The notes: generated by a model not told the origin, from the sequence alone. Shown: positions 1 through 9,444, numbered from the stretch's first letter. The stretch: 29,110 bases of DNA from Candidatus Thorarchaeota archaeon (GCA_003345595.1 PRDI01000061.1:1-29110), one strand, 5' to 3'. Translations and numbers: made by a program.

Positions 1-939
1 GAGTTGCCGGTCAACATCAAGTTTCTAGTTGAGGGTGAAGAGGAGATCAGCAGCCCGCACCTGCCCGAGTTCGTTCGCGACAATGCATCGTTCCTGAAGG
101 CCGACGGGGGAGTATGGGAGTTCGGAGGCTCAGGACCAACTGGAATCCAAGAAGCGTGGCTCGGTCTCAAGGGGATTCTTTACGTGCAGTTGGAGGTCCA
201 GCTTCTTTCGCACGATGCCCATTCCGCGAACGCCTGTGTGCTGCCCTCTGCAGCCTACACACTCGTGCATGCTCTCGAGTCGCTCAAGGACAAGAACGGT
301 CAGATACTCATTCCGGGTTTCTATGATGACGCAAGGGGTCTGTCAGCAAAGGAACTCGATATGGCCAATAAGGTAGATCTGTCGGAAGAGGTGATCAAGG
401 AACACTACGGCATCGCCCGGTTCATAAATGGTATGTCTGGTATGGAAGTCAAGCAGGCCTACTATGGAGGACCGACGTGCAACATCTGTGGCCTAGACAG
501 CGGTTGGCAGGGCAATGGCTCGAAGACAGTTCTGCCAGCGAAAGCCTCGGCCAAAATAGACTTCAGACTTGTCGAAGCAATGGACCCCGAAGACATCCTC
601 AAGAAGCTCAGAACTCACTTGGATGAAAGGGGCTTCTCTGACGTGAAGATAGCGTGGTACGAGGGGTATCCGGCGGCCAAGACGCCGATTGACCATCCGT
701 TTATGCAGCTGATTGTGAAGGCGAACCGTCGGGCATATGGTCATGACCCCGTTGTTCACATCACTTCTCCTGGTTCGGGTCCACTGTACCTCTTCAAGGA
801 CAAGGTGCCTATGGTGTCCATAGGGTGCGGCGACTTCTTCTCCCGGGTGCATTCACCAAACGAAAGCATACTGCTTGAGAATTATCAGAAGACAATCAAG
901 AGAACCGTGTACCTCATAGACGAAATGTCCCATTGGTGA
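1..939 (+). CDS. M20/M25/M40 family metallopeptidase (dipeptidase/ArgE-DapE-like), 5'-truncated by the window edge
   Basis: The frame is open from base 1. Motifs: PVNIKFLVEGEEEISS (catalytic/metal EE), GLKGILYVQLEV...HS, KTVLPAKASAKIDFRLV (dimerisation domain) and C-terminal HSPNE (metal-ligand His). Confidence 0.93.
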   Translation, partial: ELPVNIKFLVEGEEEISSPHLPEFVRDNASFLKADGGVWEFGGSGPTGIQEAWLGLKGILYVQLEVQLLSHDAHSANACVLPSAAYTLVHALESLKDKNGQILIPGFYDDARGLSAKELDMANKVDLSEEVIKEHYGIARFINGMSGMEVKQAYYGGPTCNICGLDSGWQGNGSKTVLPAKASAKIDFRLVEAMDPEDILKKLRTHLDERGFSDVKIAWYEGYPAAKTPIDHPFMQLIVKANRRAYGHDPVVHITSPGSGPLYLFKDKVPMVSIGCGDFFSRVHSPNESILLENYQKTIKRTVYLIDEMSHW

Positions 940-952
940 AACCACCGATCTA

Positions 953-1564
953 TTACAGTGAAACCGGTGTGGCCATGTGGCTCTCCCTGCGCAGGTTGAG
1001 GGGCAAAGCAACAGCGAGAACAATCGCTGAGAAGAACCACAATGGAGGCTGTAGTGTCACGCCAAACACGGGTCCAGCCTCTACGTCGTGCTGAATGTCC
1101 GCACCAAGTGACCATGTCGCATTGCTGGCTTCGAATGCAACGAGGCACATGAACTCAGTCGCATCTGCAGACGCGCTAGGTGTGAGGACCACTATCCCTT
1201 GTCGAACCACCTGTCTGCAATTTCCTTCCTGAGAATGTGCATAGTCGATCATCTGCGAAGAAGCGATGCAGCTTCCCTTCGCATAGATGGATATTTCGAT
1301 GTAGTCCAAAGTCACATTGAAGGGGCCATTCTTGAAATCGAGTGTCAGTGAAAAATCTGCTTTGTGGGACACGCCTTGATAGATTGCCCCAGGGATTGCG
1401 AGATCCCAACTCACCGATACCTCATCCTCTGCAATTTTCCTAGTGTCGCTGATGACTCTCGTGGTTTCCACGTTCTGCACATATGATGCTGATAGTATCA
1501 GTCCACTTGCGACAACCACAATGAACGCGAATGCTAAGATTGTACTCGCCCGGGATAGACTCAA
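953..1564 (-). CDS. Hypothetical membrane protein (N-terminal TM/signal, beta-rich ectodomain, C-terminal TM)
   Basis: 203-aa ORF with a TTG start. Hydrophobic ILAFAFIVVVASGLIL lies at the N-terminus and LWFFSAIVLAVALPL followed by RR at the C-terminus. NVT and NAT sequons lie between. No family recognised. Confidence 0.6.
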   Translation of the reverse strand: MSLSRASTILAFAFIVVVASGLILSASYVQNVETTRVISDTRKIAEDEVSVSWDLAIPGAIYQGVSHKADFSLTLDFKNGPFNVTLDYIEISIYAKGSCIASSQMIDYAHSQEGNCRQVVRQGIVVLTPSASADATEFMCLVAFEASNATWSLGADIQHDVEAGPVFGVTLQPPLWFFSAIVLAVALPLNLRRESHMATPVSL

Positions 1565-1841
1565 ACCATACTACCGAGGCTTCCTTCTCGCAACGCCTTA
1601 TCTCTTTTCGCATCCTCGGTGTCAAAACAGGAAGGCATGTGGGGCGTATTTCCACTATCGTGCGACGCCAACTAACCGAGCCGGGTCAAGGTGCGTTTGG
1701 CAGGGCTCACTTTGTGCCACAGGCTTCTTGAAGTCGCCCAGGCCTGACAGCCAGACTCGAACAGAGCATGCAGAATGCGCCTCTAGCCTGCGCAGATATC
1801 TCTATGTCAATAGGATGGACTCGTACGGCACTGCAAACATG

Positions 1842-3446
1842 CTATGGCAGTGGTGGTCGAATCTCGAGCTGCTGTTCCCACTCAACGATGAACCCATAGT
1901 CTATGTTGAGTTCCTTAGCAGGCTCGACCGCGGCATTCCACTCGATGACACCAAGCTCGAACTTCTCGTATGCAAGTGAAGGTGTCTGAAGAGTGACAGT
2001 GACCTTGTCGCTACTACTATGTGGAATTCGGTCCACTACCTTGATCTCTGTCTTCTCCTTGGCGAAGTTCTTGAACGCAAGCCGGTACTTGTACTCACGT
2101 CTTCTCTTTCCTCTGGAGATACCAGCCTTCTCGGTGTCCTTCAAGACCAGCTTCTTCTCAGCCTTGACATCATAGGCGTTCCTAGTGCCCAATCGGAACT
2201 TCTCCCTCGGTGCCACCATTGCCAGACTGGTTTCACCTATGAAGTCGCCACCGACATAGACCTTTGCCAGACCTGGCAGGAGTACAGAATCGCCGTTCAT
2301 GATCTCGTCTTGAGCGACGACTTCCTGCATTGCATAGGCATTCCAGTAGTGAAGCCGCCTGCTGTCGAAGGTTTCCTCCATCAGAGTGATTGGGTGAGGA
2401 TCCGTTCCGGAGGGGATGCTGACAGTTCCCGGGAGCTCGTACACAGTTGTGCCGCCCAGCGTTTCCGAGGCTTCTGCATAACGTTCAAACATTGGCTCCT
2501 CAAGTGCTTCAGGTTCTGCCTCTTCCTTGACTTCCATCTCGCCCGGTCTTCCCTTGAAGGCTCGGATTCCCCCTCCCCCTATCGTTAACCTTCTAGTGGA
2601 CGAAACCGCCGAAGCAACGCCGTAAGGAGCTGGATGGTAGACATCGATCTGGAACGGCTCAGCCTTCACAGCTTCAGCCGGTCTTGCCGAGGCGGTCGAA
2701 ACAGTGAGAGATACATCACTCCAATCTTCTAGGGTCTGATTTGTTACCATCGCAATCCTTCTGACACGAGTCTTCTCGTCAGCAATGTCAATATCATAGT
2801 GAGGAGCCCAACCAGCGTAGCTGAGCTGGTACGTTACGCTCAGATTGGCCTCAGTCTCTTCCAAGACGTTAAGCGTTACCTTGACCTCGGTGATCGTTTC
2901 CGTACGCCGCTCACCTTGGATCCTGCTCATGTTCATCTGTACGGCTCCATGCTTTGCCTCTACGTCCCTCAGCTCTTCCTTTGCGTCTCTAATCTTCTTC
3001 TTCGCGTCGCGCAGCAGCTCGAGCGAGGCCTTGTCCATTTGACTCATCTGTTCCATCTTTGACTCTTTGGCCGCATACCACTTGCCAAACTCTGAGAAGA
3101 ACTGCTTGCTCATAGCGGTCAACTGGGTGACCCGGGACTCTTGGTATGCAATCAGATCGGAGAGGCTCTGCTTCCTTCTCTCAAGCTTCTCCAGTTCTGC
3201 CTTCAGGTTCTTCAGATCACCTTGTGGCTCAAACGTGAACTCCCTCTTCTTGACATCGATGCCCTTCAGTGCGGCAGCTCCCACACCTCTGACCCGGAAG
3301 CTGTCGTCCTGAGCGAACCTTGTAATGCCCGAGATGAGGAAGACCTGCTCTCCTGGCGAAGCATGAGCACTGCCGATCCTAGTCACTCTTGCGCCATCTC
3401 TGAACACAGTCACACCAGAGACCTTTGCGTCTAGATTCGTCGTCAT
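1842..3446 (-). CDS. DUF4140/DUF4139 protein (TIGR02231, MuiA/F37C4.5-like), paralog B
   Basis: N-terminal VSGVTVFRDGARVTR and DSFRV (DUF4140), a long coiled coil, then YQLSYAGWAPHYDI, NQTLEDWSDVSLTVSTA and YELPGTVSIPS (DUF4139). ATG at 3446 is preceded by SD GAGGTGAT, which overlaps the upstream stop; GTG at 3455 is an alternative start. Confidence 0.9.
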   Translation of the reverse strand: MTTNLDAKVSGVTVFRDGARVTRIGSAHASPGEQVFLISGITRFAQDDSFRVRGVGAAALKGIDVKKREFTFEPQGDLKNLKAELEKLERRKQSLSDLIAYQESRVTQLTAMSKQFFSEFGKWYAAKESKMEQMSQMDKASLELLRDAKKKIRDAKEELRDVEAKHGAVQMNMSRIQGERRTETITEVKVTLNVLEETEANLSVTYQLSYAGWAPHYDIDIADEKTRVRRIAMVTNQTLEDWSDVSLTVSTASARPAEAVKAEPFQIDVYHPAPYGVASAVSSTRRLTIGGGGIRAFKGRPGEMEVKEEAEPEALEEPMFERYAEASETLGGTTVYELPGTVSIPSGTDPHPITLMEETFDSRRLHYWNAYAMQEVVAQDEIMNGDSVLLPGLAKVYVGGDFIGETSLAMVAPREKFRLGTRNAYDVKAEKKLVLKDTEKAGISRGKRRREYKYRLAFKNFAKEKTEIKVVDRIPHSSSDKVTVTLQTPSLAYEKFELGVIEWNAAVEPAKELNIDYGFIVEWEQQLEIRPPLP

Positions 3447-3456
3447 CTTGATCACC

Positions 3457-5046
3457 TCATGGCAAGGGAGGGCTTATCGTGATGCCCTTTTCCCAGAGAA
3501 CCTCAAAGCTGTATTCTATCTGTTTCTTCTTTCCAGCCTCGATGTCGAGTACCCGTTTCATGACACCGAGCTCTCTACTCTCCAACTGAAGCTGGTCCCA
3601 GTTGCCCTTGACCTCAATGGCCGGGTTCAGACTGTGCGGAACTCTGTCGAACACCTCAATCTTGATTGGCCGCTTCGCAAAGCTCTCGATCTCAAGACGA
3701 TACGTGTATGCCCGTCTCAGTTTTCCTCGCGTTATGCCTGCCTTCTCCACCTCACGTGCTACAAGTTTCTTCTTGGCTTTCACATCGTAAGCAACACGAG
3801 TACCAATTTTGAACTTCTCCCGAGGAGAAACCTGTCCGACACTTGCCTCACCTATGTAGTCGCCCTCTGCATACACCTTGACCTTGCCTGGAAGTATAAC
3901 AGTATCACCGTTTGTTACTTCATCCTGTGCGACTGCCTCTGACATGCCGTCGGTATACCAGTAGTGAATGGTAGTCGACTTGAGCTCCTCTTCAACTAGA
4001 GTCACCGGGTGCTGATCATTGTCAAATGGGATTGTGATACGACCTGGCAGTTCGTAGACCGAAATGCCGGAAGCCAACTCGGAGACCTGGGCATATTCAT
4101 CAGCCATCGGTGGCGGCTTTGGCGCTGGAGGAGGCATCGGTCCGGCAGCCATTGCCATGGGAGCAGGCGAAGGTCTTGCCTCCGGCTTGGCCATTTCCTT
4201 TCTGACGGCTTCTCGCCGGCGACGCTCTTCCTCAGGATCATATGCAGTGATGTAGAATGGTGCGCCCTCGACTGCCTCCACAGGCTTCGCAGTCGCTGTT
4301 GAAACAGTCAGGACAACCTTGTCCCAGGACTCCCTCGTTCTGTTGCCCAGGAGTGCTACCCTCCTCAGCTTGCTTGCCTCTGAAAGCAGGTCCACGTCAT
4401 AGCTTGGTGTCCACCCGGCACCGTCACACTGGTACGTGACCTCAAGCCCAACTTGTGCCTTCTTGGTCACGTCAAGAGTGATCTCTACCACCTGAAAGAC
4501 TTCCGTTCTCTTCTCTGCCTCTACTCGACCCAGATTCATCTTCGCGACTGTTATCTTGTCGTCAATGTCCCTCAGCTTCTTCTCCAGGTCCCTGAGTTTT
4601 CCTTTTGCGTCTAGGACTGCTTTGCCAGATACGGAGTCCATCTCACTGAGCTGAGTCACCTCGGCCTCGTTGGCTGCGAAGAGAAGACCAAAGTGACCTG
4701 CGAACTCTACGTTCATTGCGCCAAGGTCTGTCAAGCGGCCATTGCACATCGTGATCTCATCAGCAGTGGCGCTGCGCTCCAATTCGAGCTTCCTCAGCTC
4801 GTCAAGCAGCGGCTTGACGTCGCTCTTGGGTTCGTAGACCTTTGTGGTTCTTCCAACATCGATGCTCGAGAGAGTTGCAGGGCCTGAACCCTTTACCCTG
4901 AAGCTGTCTTCACGAGCCAATTCAGTGATTCCGGTCACCAGAACCTTGTGAGTGCCGACTTCCAAGGGCACCTTGCCTGTGCGAGTGACTCGGGCGCCGT
5001 CTCTAAAGACTGTCACTCGGGATATGTCTGTGCGTACTTCGGTCAA
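3457..5046 (-). CDS. DUF4140/DUF4139 protein (TIGR02231, MuiA/F37C4.5-like), paralog A
   Basis: ISRVTVFRDGARVTR, DSFRV, coiled coil, YQCDGAGWTPSYDV, NRTRESWDKVVLTVSTA. Collinear with paralog B. TTG start with GGAG upstream. Confidence 0.9.
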   Translation of the reverse strand: MTEVRTDISRVTVFRDGARVTRTGKVPLEVGTHKVLVTGITELAREDSFRVKGSGPATLSSIDVGRTTKVYEPKSDVKPLLDELRKLELERSATADEITMCNGRLTDLGAMNVEFAGHFGLLFAANEAEVTQLSEMDSVSGKAVLDAKGKLRDLEKKLRDIDDKITVAKMNLGRVEAEKRTEVFQVVEITLDVTKKAQVGLEVTYQCDGAGWTPSYDVDLLSEASKLRRVALLGNRTRESWDKVVLTVSTATAKPVEAVEGAPFYITAYDPEEERRRREAVRKEMAKPEARPSPAPMAMAAGPMPPPAPKPPPMADEYAQVSELASGISVYELPGRITIPFDNDQHPVTLVEEELKSTTIHYWYTDGMSEAVAQDEVTNGDTVILPGKVKVYAEGDYIGEASVGQVSPREKFKIGTRVAYDVKAKKKLVAREVEKAGITRGKLRRAYTYRLEIESFAKRPIKIEVFDRVPHSLNPAIEVKGNWDQLQLESRELGVMKRVLDIEAGKKKQIEYSFEVLWEKGITISPPLP

Positions 5047-5079
5047 GGAGGAGCTCCAGCTCAGCGGTCAGGCGCCCTG

Positions 5080-5091
5080 CATTTATGTTTT
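5080..5091 (-). promoter_or_regulatory. Putative BRE/TATA element for the DUF4139 pair
   Basis: The minus strand reads AAAACATAAATG about 35 nt upstream of the TTG start. It is the main AT-rich patch in the 113-bp spacer. Confidence 0.4.
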
Positions 5092-5159
5092 GGGTGCGTC
5101 CGTATTCGTCAGCATTGGCCACTCATGAGGGATGAGGGTGGGAAGAGCAGTAGTCCTGT

Positions 5160-6137
5160 TCAGTAGAGATGGCAGGCTACCTGACGCCCGTTCCCTAGGT
5201 CCTTCAATTCAGGTTCCTCCAGTGGGCATTTGTCAAAAGCCTTTGGACATCTCGGATTGAACCTACATCCTGGTGGTGGGTTGGTGGGACTCGGTATCTC
5301 TCCCTGTGGAATCGCTTCTGGTTTCTTCGCCCTAGGGTCGGGAACCGGAATAGCAGACATGAGACCTTTCGAGTAAGGATGCAGAGGGTCTTCATAGATT
5401 CTATCCCTGTCAGCAATCTCCACGATCTTCCCCAAATACATCACCGCAATTCGGTTGCAGACATGACGCGCAGTTGCCAGGTCGTGTGATATGAACAAGT
5501 ATGTCAGGTTCAGTTCGCGTTTCAAGTCCATCATGAGTTCGAGAATCTGGGCCTTTATCGACACATCAACCATGGCCACAGGTTCGTCAGTGACAATGAA
5601 CTCCGGCTTGAGGATAATGGCCCTTGCAAAAACGACTCTTTGTTTCTGACCGCCGCTCAGCTGATGTGGCAGCCTGTCATAGAACGTGTTGGCTGGAGTG
5701 AGACCGACCCTCTCCAGGACTTCTTCTGACATGGCCCTTCTCTCAGAAGGAGTGGCAATGTGCTGAAGTCTCAAAGCATCTGCTACTGCGTCGCCTACGG
5801 ACATCCTCGGACTCAAAGACGACGTGGGGTCCTGGAATGTGAACTGGAACCTGCGCTTCATCATCCTGAGTTCTTGCCCCTTGAGTGCGGCGATGTCCTT
5901 GCCGTCAAACAATATGCTCCCCTCGGTCGGACGTATCAGCCTGACGCAAAGCCGGCCCACCGTTGTCTTCCCGGAACCACTCTCTCCAACGAGTCCGAGG
6001 ACCTCGCCCGCATCAATGGTGAAAGAAACTCCGTCCACCGCTCTGACGAACTCCTTCACGCCTGAAATCATGGTCGCAAAGAATCCCTTCTGTACCGGGA
6101 AGTACTCTTTGACACCAACAACTTCAACGAGCTTCAC
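5160..6137 (-). CDS. dppF: Oligopeptide/dipeptide ABC transporter ATP-binding protein (DppF/OppF)
   Basis: Walker [10 protein letters not shown]-loop FQDP, signature LSGGQ, Walker B IVTDEP, H-loop ISHD, and the HPY C-terminal domain with GCRFNPRC...C...VACH. Confidence 0.95.
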   Translation of the reverse strand: MKLVEVVGVKEYFPVQKGFFATMISGVKEFVRAVDGVSFTIDAGEVLGLVGESGSGKTTVGRLCVRLIRPTEGSILFDGKDIAALKGQELRMMKRRFQFTFQDPTSSLSPRMSVGDAVADALRLQHIATPSERRAMSEEVLERVGLTPANTFYDRLPHQLSGGQKQRVVFARAIILKPEFIVTDEPVAMVDVSIKAQILELMMDLKRELNLTYLFISHDLATARHVCNRIAVMYLGKIVEIADRDRIYEDPLHPYSKGLMSAIPVPDPRAKKPEAIPQGEIPSPTNPPPGCRFNPRCPKAFDKCPLEEPELKDLGNGRQVACHLY

Positions 6138-6140
6138 GAA

Positions 6141-7151
6141 CTAGCCTCCGTCATACAAATGGCACGCCACGAGGCCGCCCGTCTTGCTAGGTACAAGTTG
6201 AGGATTCACCTCTTTGCATATGTCCATAACATGGGGACATCTTGGATTATACATACAACCCGGAATCGGCCGAGTGAGATCAGGTGGAGCTCCCGGAATC
6301 CAAGTCAGCCGCTTTTCAGGTTTGCTCACGTCCGGCACTGATTCAAGAAGGGCCTGAGTGTACGGGTGTTGAGGGCTTTCAAATAAACTCCCCGTGTCAG
6401 CCACCTCAACAATTCGTCCAGCATACATGATGGCTATGCTGTCTGCAGTCTGAGCCAGCACCCCGAGATTGTGAGTTATCAGTATCATTGTGAGATCGAA
6501 TTTTGCTTTCAGCTCGGCAACCTGTCTTAGAATCTGTGCCTCGACAATCACGTCCAAGGACGTTGTGGGTTCGTCTGCGATCAGTAGCTTCGGCTGAAGT
6601 GCAAGGCCAAGGCCGATCATGACTCTCTGGCGCATGCCGCCGCTGAACTGATGTGGGTAGTCCAAGACACGTTCCGGTGAGATGCCGAGCCCCTCGAGTA
6701 TCTCTTTGGCGCGCTCAACGGCCGCCTCCTTCTTGACTGTGGGGTCGTGGGCTCTCATTAGCTCCTCGAAATGCTTGCCAATCGATCGCATCGGGTTCAA
6801 AGAAGTCATTGGGTCCTGAAAGATGTAGGCAATCTCACAGCCACGAAGAGATCTCATCTGTTCGTCGTTGAGCTCCATGAGGTTCGTCATGCCCTTTCGA
6901 ATGACACCCCCGCCGCACAATATCTCTCGTTCGATATTCAGGCTGATCTCTCCGCTTGCTATCTGACCCGGATATGGAACAAGTCGAATTATGGCTCTCC
7001 CGAGAGTAGACTTCCCACAGCCAGACTCGCCTGCCAAACCCAGGGTTTTGTTCTCTTCGAGGTCAAGTGATACACCGTTGACACCGTACGCGGTTCCTCT
7101 CCTTGTCTTGTACACGACCGAAAGGTCCCTGATCCTAAGAAGCTCCGTCAC
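6141..7151 (-). CDS. dppD: Oligopeptide/dipeptide ABC transporter ATP-binding protein (DppD/OppD)
   Basis: [45 protein letters not shown]...GCMYNPRC...C...VACH. Start placed at GTG 7151 (VTELLRI) after SD AAGGAG, which overlaps the end of dppC. Confidence 0.95.
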   Translation of the reverse strand: MTELLRIRDLSVVYKTRRGTAYGVNGVSLDLEENKTLGLAGESGCGKSTLGRAIIRLVPYPGQIASGEISLNIEREILCGGGVIRKGMTNLMELNDEQMRSLRGCEIAYIFQDPMTSLNPMRSIGKHFEELMRAHDPTVKKEAAVERAKEILEGLGISPERVLDYPHQFSGGMRQRVMIGLGLALQPKLLIADEPTTSLDVIVEAQILRQVAELKAKFDLTMILITHNLGVLAQTADSIAIMYAGRIVEVADTGSLFESPQHPYTQALLESVPDVSKPEKRLTWIPGAPPDLTRPIPGCMYNPRCPHVMDICKEVNPQLVPSKTGGLVACHLYDGG

Positions 7152-7156
7152 AGTGT

Positions 7157-8422
7157 TCACTCCTTCAGTTTTGGCGTTAGTACCTCGTTCAAGCCCTCGC
7201 CAGCCAGTGTGAATCCCAAAGCTAGCAGTACTATCATCAAGCCGGGGTATGTGATCACCCACCAAGCTCCCGATATGAGGTATCCCCATCCGAAGGTCAG
7301 GTCCCAACCCCAATCAGGCACATCGACGGGAGGACCCAGACCAACGAATGTCAGACCTGCAGCTGTAAGGATGGCATCGGCGAAATTGATTGACATCAGG
7401 ACGATAGCCGACGGGAGGATGTTGGGCAGAATGTATCTGAGAAGGATTTCTCTGTTCCTTGCACCCATCACGACTGCTGCTTCAACATACGGAAGCTCCT
7501 TCACAGTGAGAACTTGACTTCTGACAACTCTGAAGTATGAGGGGATATAGACGAACGCAATGGCAAGCGCCAAGTTCACAACTCCAGGTCCCAGCATGGC
7601 AGCAATGGCAATAGCGAGAACAAGACCCGGAAAAGCATAGATGCTGTCCATCAACAGACAGACTCCGCGGTCCCACAGACCACCCCTGAACGAGGCAGCC
7701 AGGCCCAGAGGAACTCCAATGGAAAAGCAGACCAACACGGAGAGTATGGCAACTTCTAGCATTATCGTTCCACCGGCAATCGTTCTGCTCAGTAGGTCCT
7801 GACCCAGGTAGGTCGTCCCCAGGGGAAACCCGGGAGAGGGGGGCAAGAGCTGTGGGCCCACACCCAGTTTGGTTGGGTCATAGGGCACAATCCAAATGGA
7901 AACCGCAGTCATGTAGACTATGCCAGAGACAATGAGCAGTCCTGCTTCGGCAATCAAGCCCGCCGTGCCACGTTCCTTGAGGATGGGGTGACCGTCATAT
8001 ATGAGAATCAACACGAAAGTCAGAACCAGTCCTCCAATGAGAACCGCATTCAACAGTACGATAGGTCGAAGAGGCATGATGAGAAAGGAAAGCAACACCA
8101 CAGCCAACGAAACACCTACACAGGCGATGACCAGAATGAGCCGCCCGACGGAACGCTTCGCGCGACCCGCTGCGACCCTGCGCTTCTGAAGAACGTACGT
8201 GACCATCATGATTATGGCATATAGGAACGTCCCTCCGACAACCTGACTGCCGAATTGACTGCTCGAATTCAGTCCGAAACCCACGAGAGCAACTATCAGA
8301 GAGAAGGCTAACACCATGACAAACGCTAGGGCAATTAGTGCCTTGCGCGACCTCTCCCTGACACCATTGCGCAGGACGCCCACGCTGAAGAATATGCCGT
8401 GTACAATCTTGTCTCCGGTCAT
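7157..8422 (-). CDS. dppC: Peptide ABC transporter permease (DppC/OppC) with an extra N-terminal multi-TM extension
   Basis: PYDP...LLPPS..FPLGT..LGQDLLSR, EAA loop YVEAAVVMGA, LTFVGLG..P.PDWG, WWVITYPG. About 145 extra hydrophobic residues precede the core. Confidence 0.92.
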   Translation of the reverse strand: MTGDKIVHGIFFSVGVLRNGVRERSRKALIALAFVMVLAFSLIVALVGFGLNSSSQFGSQVVGGTFLYAIIMMVTYVLQKRRVAAGRAKRSVGRLILVIACVGVSLAVVLLSFLIMPLRPIVLLNAVLIGGLVLTFVLILIYDGHPILKERGTAGLIAEAGLLIVSGIVYMTAVSIWIVPYDPTKLGVGPQLLPPSPGFPLGTTYLGQDLLSRTIAGGTIMLEVAILSVLVCFSIGVPLGLAASFRGGLWDRGVCLLMDSIYAFPGLVLAIAIAAMLGPGVVNLALAIAFVYIPSYFRVVRSQVLTVKELPYVEAAVVMGARNREILLRYILPNILPSAIVLMSINFADAILTAAGLTFVGLGPPVDVPDWGWDLTFGWGYLISGAWWVITYPGLMIVLLALGFTLAGEGLNEVLTPKLKE

Positions 8423-8433
8423 TGTACAATCTC

Positions 8434-9444
8434 CTACAGCCTTATACGTGGGTCAATGATTGCGTAGAGCACGTCGACAACTAATGTGACCAGAGTGACC
8501 AAGATGCCGAAGAAAACAACGGTCCCCTGAATCGCTGTGTAGTCTCTATAGTATATTCGGTCGATCAAGTATCTACCAAGTCCAGGCCAGCTGAAAGTGG
8601 TTTCAGTGAGTACCGCACCCGCCAACAGCGCGGCGAACTGGAGTCCTATCATCGTCATAATCGGTAGGAACGCATTCTTCAGTGCATACCCATAGGTGAT
8701 CGTGCCTTCAGATAACCCTCTTGCCTCGCCGGCCACGACGAAGTCCATTCTCAGGGTTTCAAGCATGTTAGTTCGTGTCAGCCGTATGAAGATTCCACAA
8801 AGGACTGTGCCCAGAGTGACTGATGGTAGTAGCAGATATTGGAAGGAAATCAAGAAGGCATAGAAGTCGCCAGCAAGAATGCTGTCTATCGTATACAGTC
8901 CTGTCACAGGTGGTGGCAAGTGATAACGAGGATTGAATCGTAGTCCGCTTGGGAACCAACCCAACCAGACAGAGAACACGAGCTGAAGTAGCATCCCCAG
9001 GAAGAACACCGGAATGGCGTAGGTCACAATACCGAACAGCCTGATTGAAACATCTCTGGTGGAGTTGTACCTCTTTGACGATTTCACTCCCAAGAAGACC
9101 CCTAGAAGCACAGCAAAGAGCATCGCGTAGATAGTAAGCTCGAGTGTTGCGGGAAACCTTATTGCGATGTGCTGGCTTATCGGACTGTAGTCCTGCATCG
9201 AGAGTCCAAAGTCCCCCCGAAACAATCCGGCGATGTAGTTGACATACTGCTCCCAAATCGGCCTGTCGAGCCCCAACCTTGCACGAAATTCGGCGAGCAC
9301 CTCTGGACTGACACCCCTCTCGAAATGGAGCAGGGCTGGGTCGCCGGGTATGATTCTCAGAATGACGAAGACAAGCGTTAGAAGAACGAATATCATCGGT
9401 ATTGTCAGTAAGACACGGCTGACAATGAAAGACCTGAGAGACAT
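8434..9444 (-). CDS. dppB: Peptide ABC transporter permease (DppB/OppB)
   Basis: IPGDPA, LGLDRP..QY, GDFGLS, FPATLEL, EAA-like DFVVAGEARGL, TETTFSWPGLG, RDY..IQG, DPRIR. SD AGGTGA lies 7 nt upstream. Confidence 0.95.
   Translation of the reverse strand: MSLRSFIVSRVLLTIPMIFVLLTLVFVILRIIPGDPALLHFERGVSPEVLAEFRARLGLDRPIWEQYVNYIAGLFRGDFGLSMQDYSPISQHIAIRFPATLELTIYAMLFAVLLGVFLGVKSSKRYNSTRDVSIRLFGIVTYAIPVFFLGMLLQLVFSVWLGWFPSGLRFNPRYHLPPPVTGLYTIDSILAGDFYAFLISFQYLLLPSVTLGTVLCGIFIRLTRTNMLETLRMDFVVAGEARGLSEGTITYGYALKNAFLPIMTMIGLQFAALLAGAVLTETTFSWPGLGRYLIDRIYYRDYTAIQGTVVFFGILVTLVTLVVDVLYAIIDPRIRL

Noticed and set aside
1573-1620. 7-bp inverted repeat ACCGAGG/CCTCGGT upstream of the 953-1564 gene
   Set aside because: Short stem with a 34-nt poorly pairing loop, within chance expectation.
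1745-1770. GTTCGAGTC (T-loop-like) on the minus strand
   Set aside because: The flanks do not form a T-stem and there is no cloverleaf.
7152-7313. N-terminal extension of the dppD ORF in the ORF track
   Set aside because: It overlaps dppC, and both the SD and family homology support GTG 7151. The track extensions of dppA (11342), the FtsX permease (14121) and tal (18253) were trimmed on similar grounds.
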